The notes beneath the pieces are model-generated. The model did not search any database and was not told the origin of the DNA. It saw only the letters and a list, made by a program, of their open reading frames with translations. A DNA stretch of 64,000 nt from the NCBI GenBank assembly GCA_030167865.1, contig JALAGF010001942.1:1-64000 (forward strand). Reading direction: 5' to 3'. The stretch is from Craspedostauros australis (taxonomy: Eukaryota). The first letter of the stretch is position 1, and every line of letters begins with the position of its first letter. The translations under genes and the position numbers were made by a program. Below are positions 10,376 through 22,153 of the stretch, piece by piece.

Positions 10376-12121
10376 CTATTTCGATTCTAGTTTGGACGGC
10401 AGATGCTTCCGCGGGAATATGAGCATGGAACTCTGGAGACGCCGAAAGCAACCGAATGGCGACTCTTGCAACTCGCCTGGTTTCATCTCGCGCCTCACGT
10501 ACGTAGCGAGCTTGAGATAATCGATGGACTGTTGACAATCATTGCTCTTGCAGTTTCTACCAACCACCGCTGCTGTATCTCGCGTTTCTACCTCTTCAAA
10601 GTAATCACATTCTGTCATGGGTGGGACGGAGCGGACGGCCGAAACGACCGCTTCTGTATCGAAGCATGATTGTTCGCCACAGATGCCGTTCTTGCCGACG
10701 GTGCCAATCCCTTTGAGCAACATATCGGAAATGTCGCCACACAAACTGAATGTGGATGGGTGGGCGATGAGAACTTTCTGCGAACAGGTGCCTTTGCAGG
10801 TTGCATGCGCAAGATGCGGGTCCGCTCCGATCTGTTCGTCATCGCCATCCGGCAACAGGGTAGAGATGTGGAATCCCATATCCCTTCCATTCACGCAGGT
10901 GCCACCGTCCCACGTCTTTCCAATCCTCCACTCGGATGCTGCATCACGTGGCGGTGACAGATGTGGCGGGAAAGAAACGGCGGATCGGACCGCATCCAAC
11001 TTCTCCTGGTGCTGTTTGGGCGCGCGGGCGATCTCGAATGTGGAACTCTTCATTTCACAGATGGCGATTGGGAGGTTGCTATCGAAGACGACCAAATCGA
11101 TTTCGCCCACATCCTTTCCATCCTTCCACCATCGCAAGTTCTGTTCGAAGTGGAACGAATCGAAGGAGAATGATATCTGGTTTCTCTCGTCGGCACAAAT
11201 TCCATCGCTCTGCTTCTGCTGTTTCTGCCGGTGCTCGACATGCTTGAGAACGATCATGGCAAAGCACACCTCGGAGGACAAGGACTCGAACTCACTCCCC
11301 CGTGCTATGCGGCTTCTGCAAATCGCCAGCTGCACCTCTCGGTACCTTGCGTACAGCTCCTTGCCTCCGAATGATGACCACAGCCGTTGCACCTTCTCGT
11401 AGTGGCGATACTGCTTGTCGAGCACCATCTTCGCTTCCCACCTTTCGACGCCGCTTCGCAGATTGTCTCTGCGTTGGTCCTCCTTGGCAATGGCCTTCGC
11501 GACCACGGTTGCGACGAGTTCTGGGGACGGGACGGTTTTCATCTTGCGTCCCAACCCTTTTCGTATCTTTGCCTCGAGCTCTGGCAGGTTGGTCACGTGC
11601 AATGGTGCCGTCGCGAGCTGCTGCCTCAGCTTTTGGACCATATCAAAGCACTTGCCTTGGGGGACCTGTTCAATGGCATCCACGTAGTCATAGATGAGTG
11701 TCTTGTGAGGAGGCTTTTGTATGGCGAGGATCTGCTGCAGTTCCTGAAATGTTTCGCCATTTCTCTGCTGCAGTGTCTCGAATGCCACGGTCAGCGCCTG
11801 CCGAATCACGGTACGGGGCGATCTCGATAGTATCTTGCGCAGGTGTCGCACGAAGCAGCGGAATGCATCCAAATCGACGTTGTGAATTGCATCTTTGGTA
11901 CTGGCGTCGATACGCTCGTGCGCCTCATCACGATACAAGCCGCTGGCTGGTTTGCTCTCGAAGTATTGTCGCAGCAGGCGCTGCAATGCTTCCTGTCGTT
12001 CCAGCAACGCTGCAGCCTCGGCCCACAACGGTGAGTTCGCACACAGCTGCTCCTTCATACTACCACCTTTCATCGTGCTCGTGTAGTCTCGGCTTCTTTC
12101 TCGATTGGATTGTTCCAACAT
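10376..12121 (-). CDS. Hypothetical protein: helical/coiled-coil N-terminal half plus PD-(D/E)xK nuclease-like domain
   Basis: Long ORF, likely start MLEQSN at 12121. Motif series RGSEFE ... EQNLRW..GEIDLVVFD...AICEMKS ... APKQ. Confidence 0.6.
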   Translation of the reverse strand: MLEQSNRERSRDYTSTMKGGSMKEQLCANSPLWAEAAALLERQEALQRLLRQYFESKPASGLYRDEAHERIDASTKDAIHNVDLDAFRCFVRHLRKILSRSPRTVIRQALTVAFETLQQRNGETFQELQQILAIQKPPHKTLIYDYVDAIEQVPQGKCFDMVQKLRQQLATAPLHVTNLPELEAKIRKGLGRKMKTVPSPELVATVVAKAIAKEDQRRDNLRSGVERWEAKMVLDKQYRHYEKVQRLWSSFGGKELYARYREVQLAICRSRIARGSEFESLSSEVCFAMIVLKHVEHRQKQQKQSDGICADERNQISFSFDSFHFEQNLRWWKDGKDVGEIDLVVFDSNLPIAICEMKSSTFEIARAPKQHQEKLDAVRSAVSFPPHLSPPRDAASEWRIGKTWDGGTCVNGRDMGFHISTLLPDGDDEQIGADPHLAHATCKGTCSQKVLIAHPSTFSLCGDISDMLLKGIGTVGKNGICGEQSCFDTEAVVSAVRSVPPMTECDYFEEVETRDTAAVVGRNCKSNDCQQSIDYLKLATYVRREMKPGELQESPFGCFRRLQSSMLIFPRKHLPSKLESK

Positions 12122-12576
12122 TATTTGTTTGCGGTTGCGAGTTTGTGAGGAGCATGTGATGGTGTTGGTGATGTTGTTGTTGTGTTGGTGATGGCGATGT
12201 TGTTGTGTTCGTTGGCACGGTTGGAAAGGAAGAGAAGAAAGGATGAAGATTGGGCGGAACGAATTTGAGAACATCAAGGGATGTTCGCACGTTTGGGGTT
12301 CATTTTGTGGGCCACGTTTCGATACTGTGGATGTGATCACGGGAACTCCTCAACTTCTCGGTGAGGGAGAACATCTTCGAGATGAGAGGTTGCATGATCA
12401 ACAAGGATGGGCGCATCCATTCGCCAGATGCCAAGTGCATCCACATTGGCCTTCACACATGGACTGGATCCGTTTTGATTTTCAACTGTTTCTATTTTTG
12501 TTATTCATTGCTGCGGCTGCGGCGTTTGGTAGTGTACAAAATTGGAATCGCACCAATCGTTGTTTGGGTGGGGCAT

Positions 12577-13611
12577 TTAGAAGATTGGAGTGAAGAAGAA
12601 TGGTGTCTCCTGGACGACTGGGATACCGTAGATGGCTTCCTGGGCAGCGAATCCGAGGATGGCCATCATTGCGATACGTCCGTGCTTGATCTCCTTGGTC
12701 TGCATGGCCATCTTGGCGTCCTTCTCCTTGGGGTAGAAACCGAGTGGATCGAAGTTGCAGTCACCGAGCTCGTAGTCCTTGCCCTTCTCCTCCTTCTGCT
12801 TGATGTTCTCAAGCTCAACAATTCCAGCGAGGAGGGCGACGGCAGCCCAGTAGAGGACATCGACCTTGTCGAGTCCACCATTGAGCAGCGATGGGGATTC
12901 ACCGCTCTTGGTCAGCAGGGATGGGAGTCCGACGGACTCGGCGATGGGCTTGTCCCAAAGCTCGGCAAGTGGCCATCCGACGACGGCGAGCATGGCGAGG
13001 CGGGAGTGCTTGATCTCGGCCTGTATTTGCGTGTGAGTGAGGAAACGACGTAGTTTGGCGGAACAAATTGAAGAAGCGGTGTGTGAGAGAGTGGATGAGT
13101 GTCGTGCATAGCGGTATGCTTCAAACAGTGGAATGGGGTTGCGAATAGCATTTCAACACGCAATTGTTGTTGTTGTTGTTGTTGGTTGTGACCTCCTTGC
13201 CAACCGCGGCGTCGACGACGCAGCAAGCGTTTATTGAGTTAGCTTGGCTGGCGTCCCATTGATGCTTCCGTCGCGAGCCCCATGGACACATTGCAACTGC
13301 GATTACTGGGCATTTCATATCGCACATATCGTTGTTGGTTATATCGAACGTACCTCACGCATGTAGGCGAGGCTCTGCTTGTCGGCTCCAGCGAAACCGA
13401 ATGGGTCGAAACCGACATCACCGGCCATGGTTCCGTCAAGGAGCTTTGGGCGTGGGGCGAATGGGAGGGATGGAGACATGTCGGTCTCGCCATCCTTCTT
13501 GCTTGGCTCACCCCAAAGGTTGAGGCTGGTCTCCGATCGCACGCTGTTGGTGCTGACTGGAGCGAAGGCGGCGGCGGCCGAGACGAGGGATGCTGCGAGG
13601 ATGAACTTCAT
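12577..13611 (-). CDS. Light-harvesting (fucoxanthin-chlorophyll a/c) protein, Lhcz-like; exons 13611-13354 and 13020-12577
   Basis: AAAAFAP presequence, AGDVGFDPFG, MREAEIKHSRLAMLA across a GT-AG intron (13353-13021), FDPLG, KEIKHGRIAMMA. The subfamily guess rests on GWPLAELWD and PSLLNGGL from memory. Confidence 0.92.
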
Positions 13612-14567
13612 TTTTGCTGTGTATGTAGTCTTGGGATTTGGTGTGGCGGGATGTACAATTGATTCCTTTTTGAATTTGTGAGAGAGATGGTGTTGTGAAG
13701 TGGTGTTGTCGTTTGTTGCCCAGCGAGGAAGATGCGTGTGTCGCGGCACATTTCCATGGCCTTGCCCGTGTGCTGCCGATGACCAACAGAACGATTGATG
13801 GTGTTGCGTTGGTGCGTCGTTGGTCGTTGGCCTCGCTGTTCTCAGATCTTCGTCAGAACCAGCACAAGAACCCAATCGATGAGAATTGCCACAGCACATC
13901 AACACAATAATTACATCCATCACCGACCAACGCATTCGTTCATCATCATCATCACATCAGACCACAATGCACACCACCAAATTGCCTTCGTCATCGGAAG
14001 CAACACTTGGAGAGAGTAAGTGATGGATTGACGTGGAGTCGTCACGCATCTCGAAAAGACCAACAAGAGACACCAACAAATGTGAGTCACAATGTGACGT
14101 AGGTGGCCAGAAATACGCACGAATCGACGCACATTTCCATGACTTGAGCAAACGAGTCATTGGACTAAAGTGTCCTTTCGAATTAGAAATTGCCATTTTC
14201 TGTTGTTGAAATGGAGAACATTTCGGTCAGAAACAGCGACGTTTCGGAATTCTCATTTCGCGCACCTTTGGCTGTCACATCTTTCGTTTTCTCGTCTCGA
14301 CGTCTCTCTCTTTGTGTGTCGGGTCTTCGTCGACGTATCAGTGTCACACATGCTGAAGTCCGTGCTTGCCGACCTGATCATACCTCCTCGTACGACTATG
14401 GTACGAACACATGTTGAAGACGACGCATCATCCACCAAAGCAACGACAGCCACTCTAAGCAGGGAACGCTACCCAGTGTGACAGCTCTCTCTATTGGAGG
14501 TTGACAACAATCCGATTGGACGCGTACATCGCCGTCGATCCGCCGGTCATCGGATCGCGTATCGAAA

Positions 14568-16103
14568 ATGCCAGCCCAATCAATCCAGGCGCCAATCATG
14601 GTGACAGCAACGCAGCGGCACACGGAGGTCAACACGGCTCACGGAAAGAGCATCAAAGCCATGGGCCTGCTTTTCGTGGGCGGTGTGCTCAGCATCGTCT
14701 CGTCCGTGTATTCCATCCAGAAGGCAGGTGTCTTTCCTGCGCCGATCATGGACGATCTTGAGGACATGTGGCATCAACATCGAGTCGAGGAAGAGATCGA
14801 TGAAGCTGCTGGTCCGTTGGTTCAGACGTTGTCTCGCGATGTCATTGCTGCGGAAACAGCCGACGCAAAACAGCGGAGTCAACTTGCCGCCACGGGCGAG
14901 GCGGCTCCAAATGCTACCAGGAAGGTCGCTTCGAATGCCGAGACGAAGATCGAAGATGGCGACACACCAGACCAAGTCAACACAGACGAGGAAATGTTAC
15001 CGACAATCGTGCTCACGGGAAACCCGAACGTCCCTCCCATGCGCGAACGCCAATTTCAGTACAACAGCACATGGAACGTGAATACCACCGTCACGCCCAT
15101 CATCGTCAGCGGCTGCTGCGGACTGGGACACCGCCTCGCGAATACGATTCGCACGCTGGCGTATGGATTGCGATATCAGCGTCCCGTGCGCGTGCTGTGG
15201 AGCCAGGCACCGTGGGATGCGCTCATTGAAGATACGCCGTTCATTCAGGCTGCTAGTCCGAACGACGACGGAGAAAAGTACAACAACGACTCTCCCAAGA
15301 ATTGGGATGGCGTCAATCGACCGCGACCGATGCAAGGGACAGATCAGTTGCTATGGAGCGTCTACCACACGTACAAACTGAACAAGCGGACCATGTTCAC
15401 CAACATCGAGTGCGGCACGGTCGTGGACCACATGATGGAAAACTTGACGCCGCTCGTGCGCAACAAGCTGATTCCTGTGCAACGGAAGACCCAGCCACTG
15501 CATCTGTGTGCCCACTTTCGCCTGGGCAACAACGAGACGGGAGATTGGCAGATCAAGTCATGGCGCCACGTCCACAGCCCATCACAGATGATGAACATGA
15601 CCCTGCAAGCGATGGTGAAGTTCACCCAAGAAGATGGGAATGCGCAGAAGCGAGAGGATGGAGTCAGCGTATTCGTTGCGGGCGACGATCCCAACATTCA
15701 ATCTTGGTTCCGAGATCATGCGCCAGACGGATGGAATGTCATCATGTCCGACGTTGAGGAATCGGACGGTGCCGATGCTGGTGCTGATCGATTGCCGGAA
15801 TCTGGCGTTTGGTTCGGTGACTTCAAAAGTGCCACGAGCAACATCCTCACTCAAGAGCAGAAGAACGACAAGATGGCAGATGCCATGGCAGATTCGATTC
15901 TGCTGGGGAACTGCACGGCGCTGTACGTCCCGACCTATTCATCGTTCACCGTCCTTCCCATCATGATGGCCCACAAGCGCGGCGCGAGCATGTTCTTGCG
16001 GGAACGTGACGAGTTCCTGCCCTTCGAAGATGATCCGTACAGGAAGCTGTTGAAGAAGCGTCGATCGCGAAGGGCATTGGAGAACAGGAAAGAAGAGAAA
16101 TAG
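14568..16103 (+). CDS. Type II membrane GT-B fucosyltransferase-like protein, paralog 2
   Basis: TM segment (MGLLFVGGVLSIVSSVYSI). Clear paralogy to 264-1808: LTGNP..PP..ERQFQYNSTW, GCCGLGHRL, LCAHFRLGN, FVAGDDPNIQ, RLPESGVWFGDFKS, PTYSSF. Confidence 0.75.
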   Translation: MPAQSIQAPIMVTATQRHTEVNTAHGKSIKAMGLLFVGGVLSIVSSVYSIQKAGVFPAPIMDDLEDMWHQHRVEEEIDEAAGPLVQTLSRDVIAAETADAKQRSQLAATGEAAPNATRKVASNAETKIEDGDTPDQVNTDEEMLPTIVLTGNPNVPPMRERQFQYNSTWNVNTTVTPIIVSGCCGLGHRLANTIRTLAYGLRYQRPVRVLWSQAPWDALIEDTPFIQAASPNDDGEKYNNDSPKNWDGVNRPRPMQGTDQLLWSVYHTYKLNKRTMFTNIECGTVVDHMMENLTPLVRNKLIPVQRKTQPLHLCAHFRLGNNETGDWQIKSWRHVHSPSQMMNMTLQAMVKFTQEDGNAQKREDGVSVFVAGDDPNIQSWFRDHAPDGWNVIMSDVEESDGADAGADRLPESGVWFGDFKSATSNILTQEQKNDKMADAMADSILLGNCTALYVPTYSSFTVLPIMMAHKRGASMFLRERDEFLPFEDDPYRKLLKKRRSRRALENRKEEK

Positions 16104-16188
16104 GCGGCAGAGAAGCATGCGTCGACTGGATAGAGCGCAATGAGGAAACGGTCGCCGCAGATGGCGCTGCGGTAACGCCGGTAGATGA

Positions 16189-17190
16189 GGTGACAGGCAA
16201 TCCGGACGTCTCTCCGGTGCATCAACGGCACTTTCAATACGACAGCAAATGGAGGATGAATCACATTGTCACGAACATCATCGACTGCGGCTGCTGTAGC
16301 TGCAGCTGCAGTTAGTGCACAGATACGGACAGGCATAAAGACACAAGCACGGACATGCTGCCCACGAGTACGAGTATGAGGACGAGTATTGGGACGACAG
16401 TCTCCATGGAGCGCTTTCTTCTCAGCAACCGAATTCATCCACGACCGTGGACGCCGCAGATGCGGTGGGCAGCACATGAACCATTCGCCATGGAAAGCGT
16501 CAATCGGCCGCGGCCGATGCGAGGGAAAAATCAGTTACTTTGGGGCGCCCAGCATTCGTACAAGCTGAACAAGCGGGCTATTTTCACCATCATCGAGTGT
16601 GGCACGGTACCGAACCAAATAATGGACCGCTTGACGCCGCTCGTGCACAACAACCTGATTCCTGTCCGATGGAAGAAGAAAGCGCTGCATCTGTGCGCCC
16701 ACTTTCGCTTGCGCAACATTGAGACGGGAGATTGGCAGATCAAGGAGCGGCGCCACGTCCACAGTCCATCGCGAACGATGAACATGACCCTGCAAGCGAT
16801 GGTGAAGGTCACTCTTGAAGATGAGAACACACAGAAGCAACAAAGCGGAACCATCGCGTTCGTTGCGGGCGATGGTCTCAACATTCAATCCTGGTTCCGA
16901 GACGGACCACGCGTCAGATAGATGGAACGTCATCATGTCCGACATTGAGAAGTCACGCGGTGCTGCTGATGCTGATGCTGATGCTTATCGATTGCCGGAA
17001 TCTGGTGTTTGGTTCGGTGACTTCAAAAGTGCCATGAGCAGCATCCCCACCCAAGAGCAGAAGAACGACAAGATGGCAGATGCCAAGGAGGATTAAATCT
17101 TGCTGGGGAACTGCACGGTGCTGTACGTCCCGATCTACGAGTATTCATCGTTGAGCATCCTTCATATCCTTTCTGTTGCGATGGCCGTGG
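16189..17190 (+). pseudogene. Decayed third copy of the fucosyltransferase-like gene
   Basis: VTGNPDVSPVHQRHFQYDSKW...CGCC then a stop. From about 16495 it is nearly colinear with paralog 2, with a 4-nt insertion near 16901 (frameshift), TCG>TAA at 17094-17096, HFRLGN>HFRLRN, and no start or TM segment. Confidence 0.85.
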
Positions 17191-17397
17191 CGCTCCAAGT
17201 GTAGAATTATGCAACGCAACCTTCATCAAGTATGCGTTTTTGAGTGTGGAATAGGTATATAGGGTCACTGGAGTAGTACGATTGAGTTGCATGCTTTATA
17301 CAAATATGTCCTCTGTTGCTCCGTCACGCCAATGGAAGTGGTTGATGGGTCACTTTGCTCTGCACTCACTGATTGCCAAGATGGGACAAGCCAGCGA

Positions 17398-17830
17398 TCA
17401 GCCCAAATGAGTGGCAATGGCAAGCAGCACAAGGCCGCCAAGGCCCATGAGCGCCCGTACTCCCTTGCCAGCAAACTTGAGAACGTCCTTGGCCTTCTTT
17501 GGGTTCACAATGGTGCCCTTCGCAATCAGCTCCACCTCCAGCGAATCCGCCATGGTGCCTTTCTTGGCTATTGGAACGAACACTCCAACCACCACTGCAA
17601 CTACCACCACAGCGGCCACCACCACAACGACCACTGCAGCAAAGATCACGTTTTGGTTGAACTCGCTGAGCCCATGCAAAGTGGGGTGTGTGATCGCGAG
17701 GCTATCCTGCGCATCTCCAACGCGGGTGTCGGGTGCTCCCGTCGTTGCTCCCGCCTTGTCCGCATCAGATGTCCCATCAGATCAGGGTGCTTCATCACAT
17801 CGCGGTGTTGCGGGTGTTGCAGATGCCATT
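17398..17830 (-). other. Possible small membrane-protein gene or relic with an in-frame TGA
   Basis: Frame reads MASATPATPRCDEAP*SDGT...VIFAAVVVVVVAAVVVVAVVVGVFVPIAKKG...LMGLGGLVLLAIATHLG*. Codon usage looks coding; no family recognised. Confidence 0.25.
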
Positions 17831-19457
17831 ACAATAACGAAAACAACCAGAGGAAAGGTGCCTACCGTTTCGTCAAGCTCCAACGCTAAGTATTGTGTGT
17901 GAATGATTCATCAACTATTGTATAATAAGCGATGACGGATGAGGCGAGGAGTGGTCTCGCGCCTGGTGTTGCAGAGATGCTGCTGTTGATGTTGTTGGTG
18001 ATGGATGCGGAGTTTTGTTGTTCACATCAGCAAATCGTTGGAGATGTCGTATGCACGACTCGGGAATCGAGGTGATTCCGCTGTTCGCTCAATGGATCTG
18101 CCGCCGGCTTGGTGGCCCATACCATGCTCCAAAAAGCACCCGTACTTGAGAGTGTCTACCCGTACTTACGAGCTATTATATTATGCAACATGCATTGCAC
18201 TGGTAGCTACAGTGAGACATCTTGAGTTGCACAACCAGCAATTTCTGCATTCCCTGCTTTGTTGTTGCTGCGATGCTTGCCGATCGAGCTGGTTTGTTCC
18301 CGATATTGCATCTCCATCAACTCGTTTTCCAAATGAACCAAGAAATATTGCACATGGAGCCTGCGATCGCCTCTCTCTCTCTCTCTCTCTGAAGATTTGA
18401 GCCGCTACCCTCCCATCCCATGCGCGGAGTGTACGCACGCCGCCAGTCTACCTTGTGAACAAGTCTAGAGAGTATTCGAGATGTTGGCGGTACTGTGCTG
18501 TGCCCGCAATCGACCCAACCGACCCAACCGACCCACACATCCAGACATGCGCCTTCACAGTCCCACAAAAGAGACACTCCACCCTTTTGTGTGATAAATT
18601 CTTCGACGGTCATTAATTCGCAAGAGACTGAAGTAGTCCCAACTATCATGCGTTCCATCGACAACAAAGATCCAATGTCCCCGGCTTCGTCGCTGTGTGT
18701 GTCCCAACGACAAAGCAAGGGCGATTTTGGCGGAGAACGCAGCGCTGCCAACACGCCAAGGACAACGCCAACACTGAAGGAAGCGCACCAAGAGAGACGC
18801 ACACAAGCGCGGAGCAGAACAAGACTGAAGACGAAGGAGAAGGAGGCAGAAGAAGGACCATCCTGTGATACGAAGGGACAGAGGAAGACCAAGACTGCGA
18901 ACCAACGCGAGAGACACGAAGTGGCGACCCTCTCTCTGTGTTTGTCGGGTCACTCGGAAAGGCAGGGACTCTTGGCCAGACCGAAGGCAAACAGCACCTC
19001 CATCGTCATCCTTGGGCACCGTCATCAAGCGACAAGAGAGCAAGGCAAACAGAGAGCGTGCTGAGCACCGCTCACCATCCTGCGTTGCCAAGCGGAAGGT
19101 CCGAAGATCCGTGAAGGAAACAACGCCATACAATTGCATAGCATTACAATCGCATAGTATTACAATTGGATCAGCAGTCTTGGCGCCGACAGATCCGCAT
19201 TCACAAGTTGACAAGAGACGTTGGGTCAACCCAGCCATCCAGATTGCAACGGGGCACAAGACGCACAAATTCCGAGCGGAGGCTGCTACACGAAGTCATT
19301 GGCCTGTCCGCCATCTTGCCATCTTGCCTGCCAACAAGGGACGCTGGCGAAGTATCGGTATCGCAGTCGTGGTCGGTCGTGGTTCTGATTGAAACATTGC
19401 CGCCATCATCGCCATCACGACCATCCATCCAAAGACAAAACAAAAGGAGCCATCACC

Positions 19458-22153
19458 ATGTCGACGGCAAAGCTGCAGCTCTCGTTGAGCGCGCGGAGAT
19501 TGAAGAACCTGTCCGGAATGCTGGCCAAGTCCGATCCATTCGCAGTGGTCACATTTCGTGGTGATGATCCGGAGAATCGTCCACAGATCGTTGGTCGGAC
19601 GGATGTGTAAGTTCGATCCTTCCATCTCCCAAAGGGGAGGGTAGTTACAGGGTAGTTGCTGGGTAGTTGGAAGGGGATTCAATCTGGCTTGATGCGCATC
19701 CTCGTGTCGGCATTCCATGACCTTCATTCAGCTTGGCGCTCACCATCTCCATACTCGTGCACTCGCGCACTCTTCTCTTGTTGCCTTCTTGGTTGCCTTT
19801 CTTGGTTGCTTGTACTTTCACATGTCACTGACCATTCTTGGCGCCCGTTGGCATGCAATCAATCATTCCTCCTCGGCCTTCATCCAAACCAACCTCTCCT
19901 ATTCTTCGCCTCCATCCTGCCATCTCCTTCGGAACTTTGTGAGCGCAGTGTGTTCAACAACCTCAACCCGCAATGGTCCACGGTCATCTTCCTGGAGGGA
20001 TACAAATTCGGAGTGCCATTCTACATAGAAGTGGGTGTCTTCGATTTCAACGCAAAGCAGGCAGGCACAAGCGAGAAGGAAATGCAGAGCAAGGATGCCT
20101 TGTCCAACGTCGATATCGTCAGCGACGCCGCGAGCCGGACCATGTTCCGCAACGGCCAGTTCCCGCACAAGGTCATGGGAACGGCCCTCTTCGAGGTCGG
20201 AGAGATCCTCGGTTCACGTGGAAACGTTGGCGCCAAGTCGCTTCAGACAGGCGGCGCCGTCTACGCGCACATCGAGCGGTGTCCCGAGAACGGTGCGCAG
20301 GGCAAGCTCCACTTTCAAATGCGCGGCATCCGATTGAAGAACTACCAGAAGTTCCCCTTCACCAGCTGTCCCTACTACGAGATGCTTCGGAAGGTGGATC
20401 GACCAACGGGAGCAACATGGTACGTGCGGCGATCAACTCATGCCTTCATACATTGCAGCAAAGTGTAGTGCAGCGCATGGAATGCCTGGCCAGATGCAAA
20501 CAATGCACCGCCGATCGGCTCACAGAGAAAGCAAACAACAAAGACTCACACACAAACCTGCTCCACCTCTCTGTTGCATTCCTTCCCTTGTGCCACCCAC
20601 ACCGCGCAACAATGCTATGCTTTGATTCGAACCGTGCGCTTTGCTCAATTGCTGCAATTCTGGGAATTGCACACGATCGACACGCGATGACGACCATGGC
20701 AACAACAACCACAACAATAACTCAACTGAAAAAACGCTGTGCCGCACTGCACTGCACTTCACCGTACGTACCAACCTTCACACCGATTGACAGGATCAAA
20801 GTGTACCAATCAAACGTCGTCCGCAACAACCTGAACCCGACATGGAACGAAGTCTCTCTTGACATTGAAACCGTGTGCAACGGAGACTTGAATCGCGCCA
20901 TGAAGATCATCCTGTGGGATCATCGACGGTCAGGCAAGCACAAGCATATGGGAGAATTCGAAACGACTGTCAACGGACTGATAGCGTCGCAGGAAGAGAA
21001 CCTGCACCTGCAGGTGCTGAAACACGAAAAGGCCATCGGCAGCTGCGAGGTTCTGCTGGCGGATGCCTTCGAGCTCAAAACCGAGCCGCAGGAAAAGGCC
21101 GTGCCCAGCGAAGCCATCCCGAGCCGGGTGCAGATGCCGGAGAGACCTCAATTCATCGACTACATCACGGGCGGTTGTCAGATCAGTTTGGCAGTCGCGA
21201 TTGACTTCACAGCATCCAACGGAGATCCGCGGCAAGAGGGCACGCCACACTACTTCCATCCACCAGAATCGAAGGAATGGAACGACTACGAGAAGGCCAT
21301 CTTCGCCGTCGGATCCATCCTGGCAAAGCACGATTCCGATCAGCGGTTCCCGGTCTGGGGATTTGGTGCCAAGTACAACAACACCGTGCGACACTGCTTC
21401 CAATGCGGCACGGACGTGGAAGTTGAAGGCGTCCAGGGCATCATGGACGCGTACAGAGGCGTCTTCCGAACACCGCTCACCATGAGCTATCCCACGAAGT
21501 TCGTCGAAGTCATAGAAACTTCATCATCGTACGCGCAGCACGAGCAGGTACGTGTGACCCAGAGATGATATCGGTGTCGATTGCAACAGGCTTGCATCGC
21601 AATCTATGCCTTCCATTGCGCTCCAAAATGCCCTGCCGTATCCTCATCCTCTCATTCATCGCGCTGCGTCTTTTGTTGATCTTCCTCGTCTTCTTTTTGT
21701 CTTGGAATATGGTATCATCATCGAAACTCACGGAACATGCAGGAGAGTGCATCCGAGCTCGGCAAACTGTCATACACGATCTTGTTGATATTAACTGCCG
21801 GGAATGTCGAGGACGTGCAGGAAACAAAGCAGTACCTCATGAATGCGAGCCAGCACCCACTGTCCGTCGTAATCGTCGGTATCGGCGATGCCGACTTTGC
21901 CGGCATGCGCTTTTTGGATGATTTTGATGCCAGCGCGGAGGAGGGACGGGATATCACCAAGTTTGTCCGCTTCAACGACTACAAGAGCTACACGGCGCTG
22001 TCGGAGGCTGTGCTCGACGAGATTCCAGGGCAGCTAGTCGACTTCTTCTACGACCGAGGCATACTACCCAGCACAGGCGAGGAGTATGATGAGAACGACG
22101 TCGAGATCCGGCCTGAGGATGATGAAGAGCGAACATTCACCTTCCTTGGATAG
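19458..22153 (+). CDS. Copine (C2A-C2B-vWA); exons 19458-19606, 19949-20419, 20794-21547, 21743-22153
   Basis: KSDPFAVV, VFNNLNPQW, VRNNLNPTW, LAVAIDFTASNGDP, DSDQRFPVWGFGA, YTILLILTAG, PLSVVIVGIGDADF, VLDEIPGQL. Three GT-AG introns restore the frame. Confidence 0.92.

Noticed and set aside
18300..19400. Overlapping 170-240 aa ORFs upstream of copine
   Set aside because: Low complexity, mostly non-ATG starts, no motifs
19973..20793. N-terminal half of the 531-aa ORF 19973-21568
   Set aside because: It is out-of-frame exon 2 plus intron 2 of copine; only 20794 onward is coding in this frame
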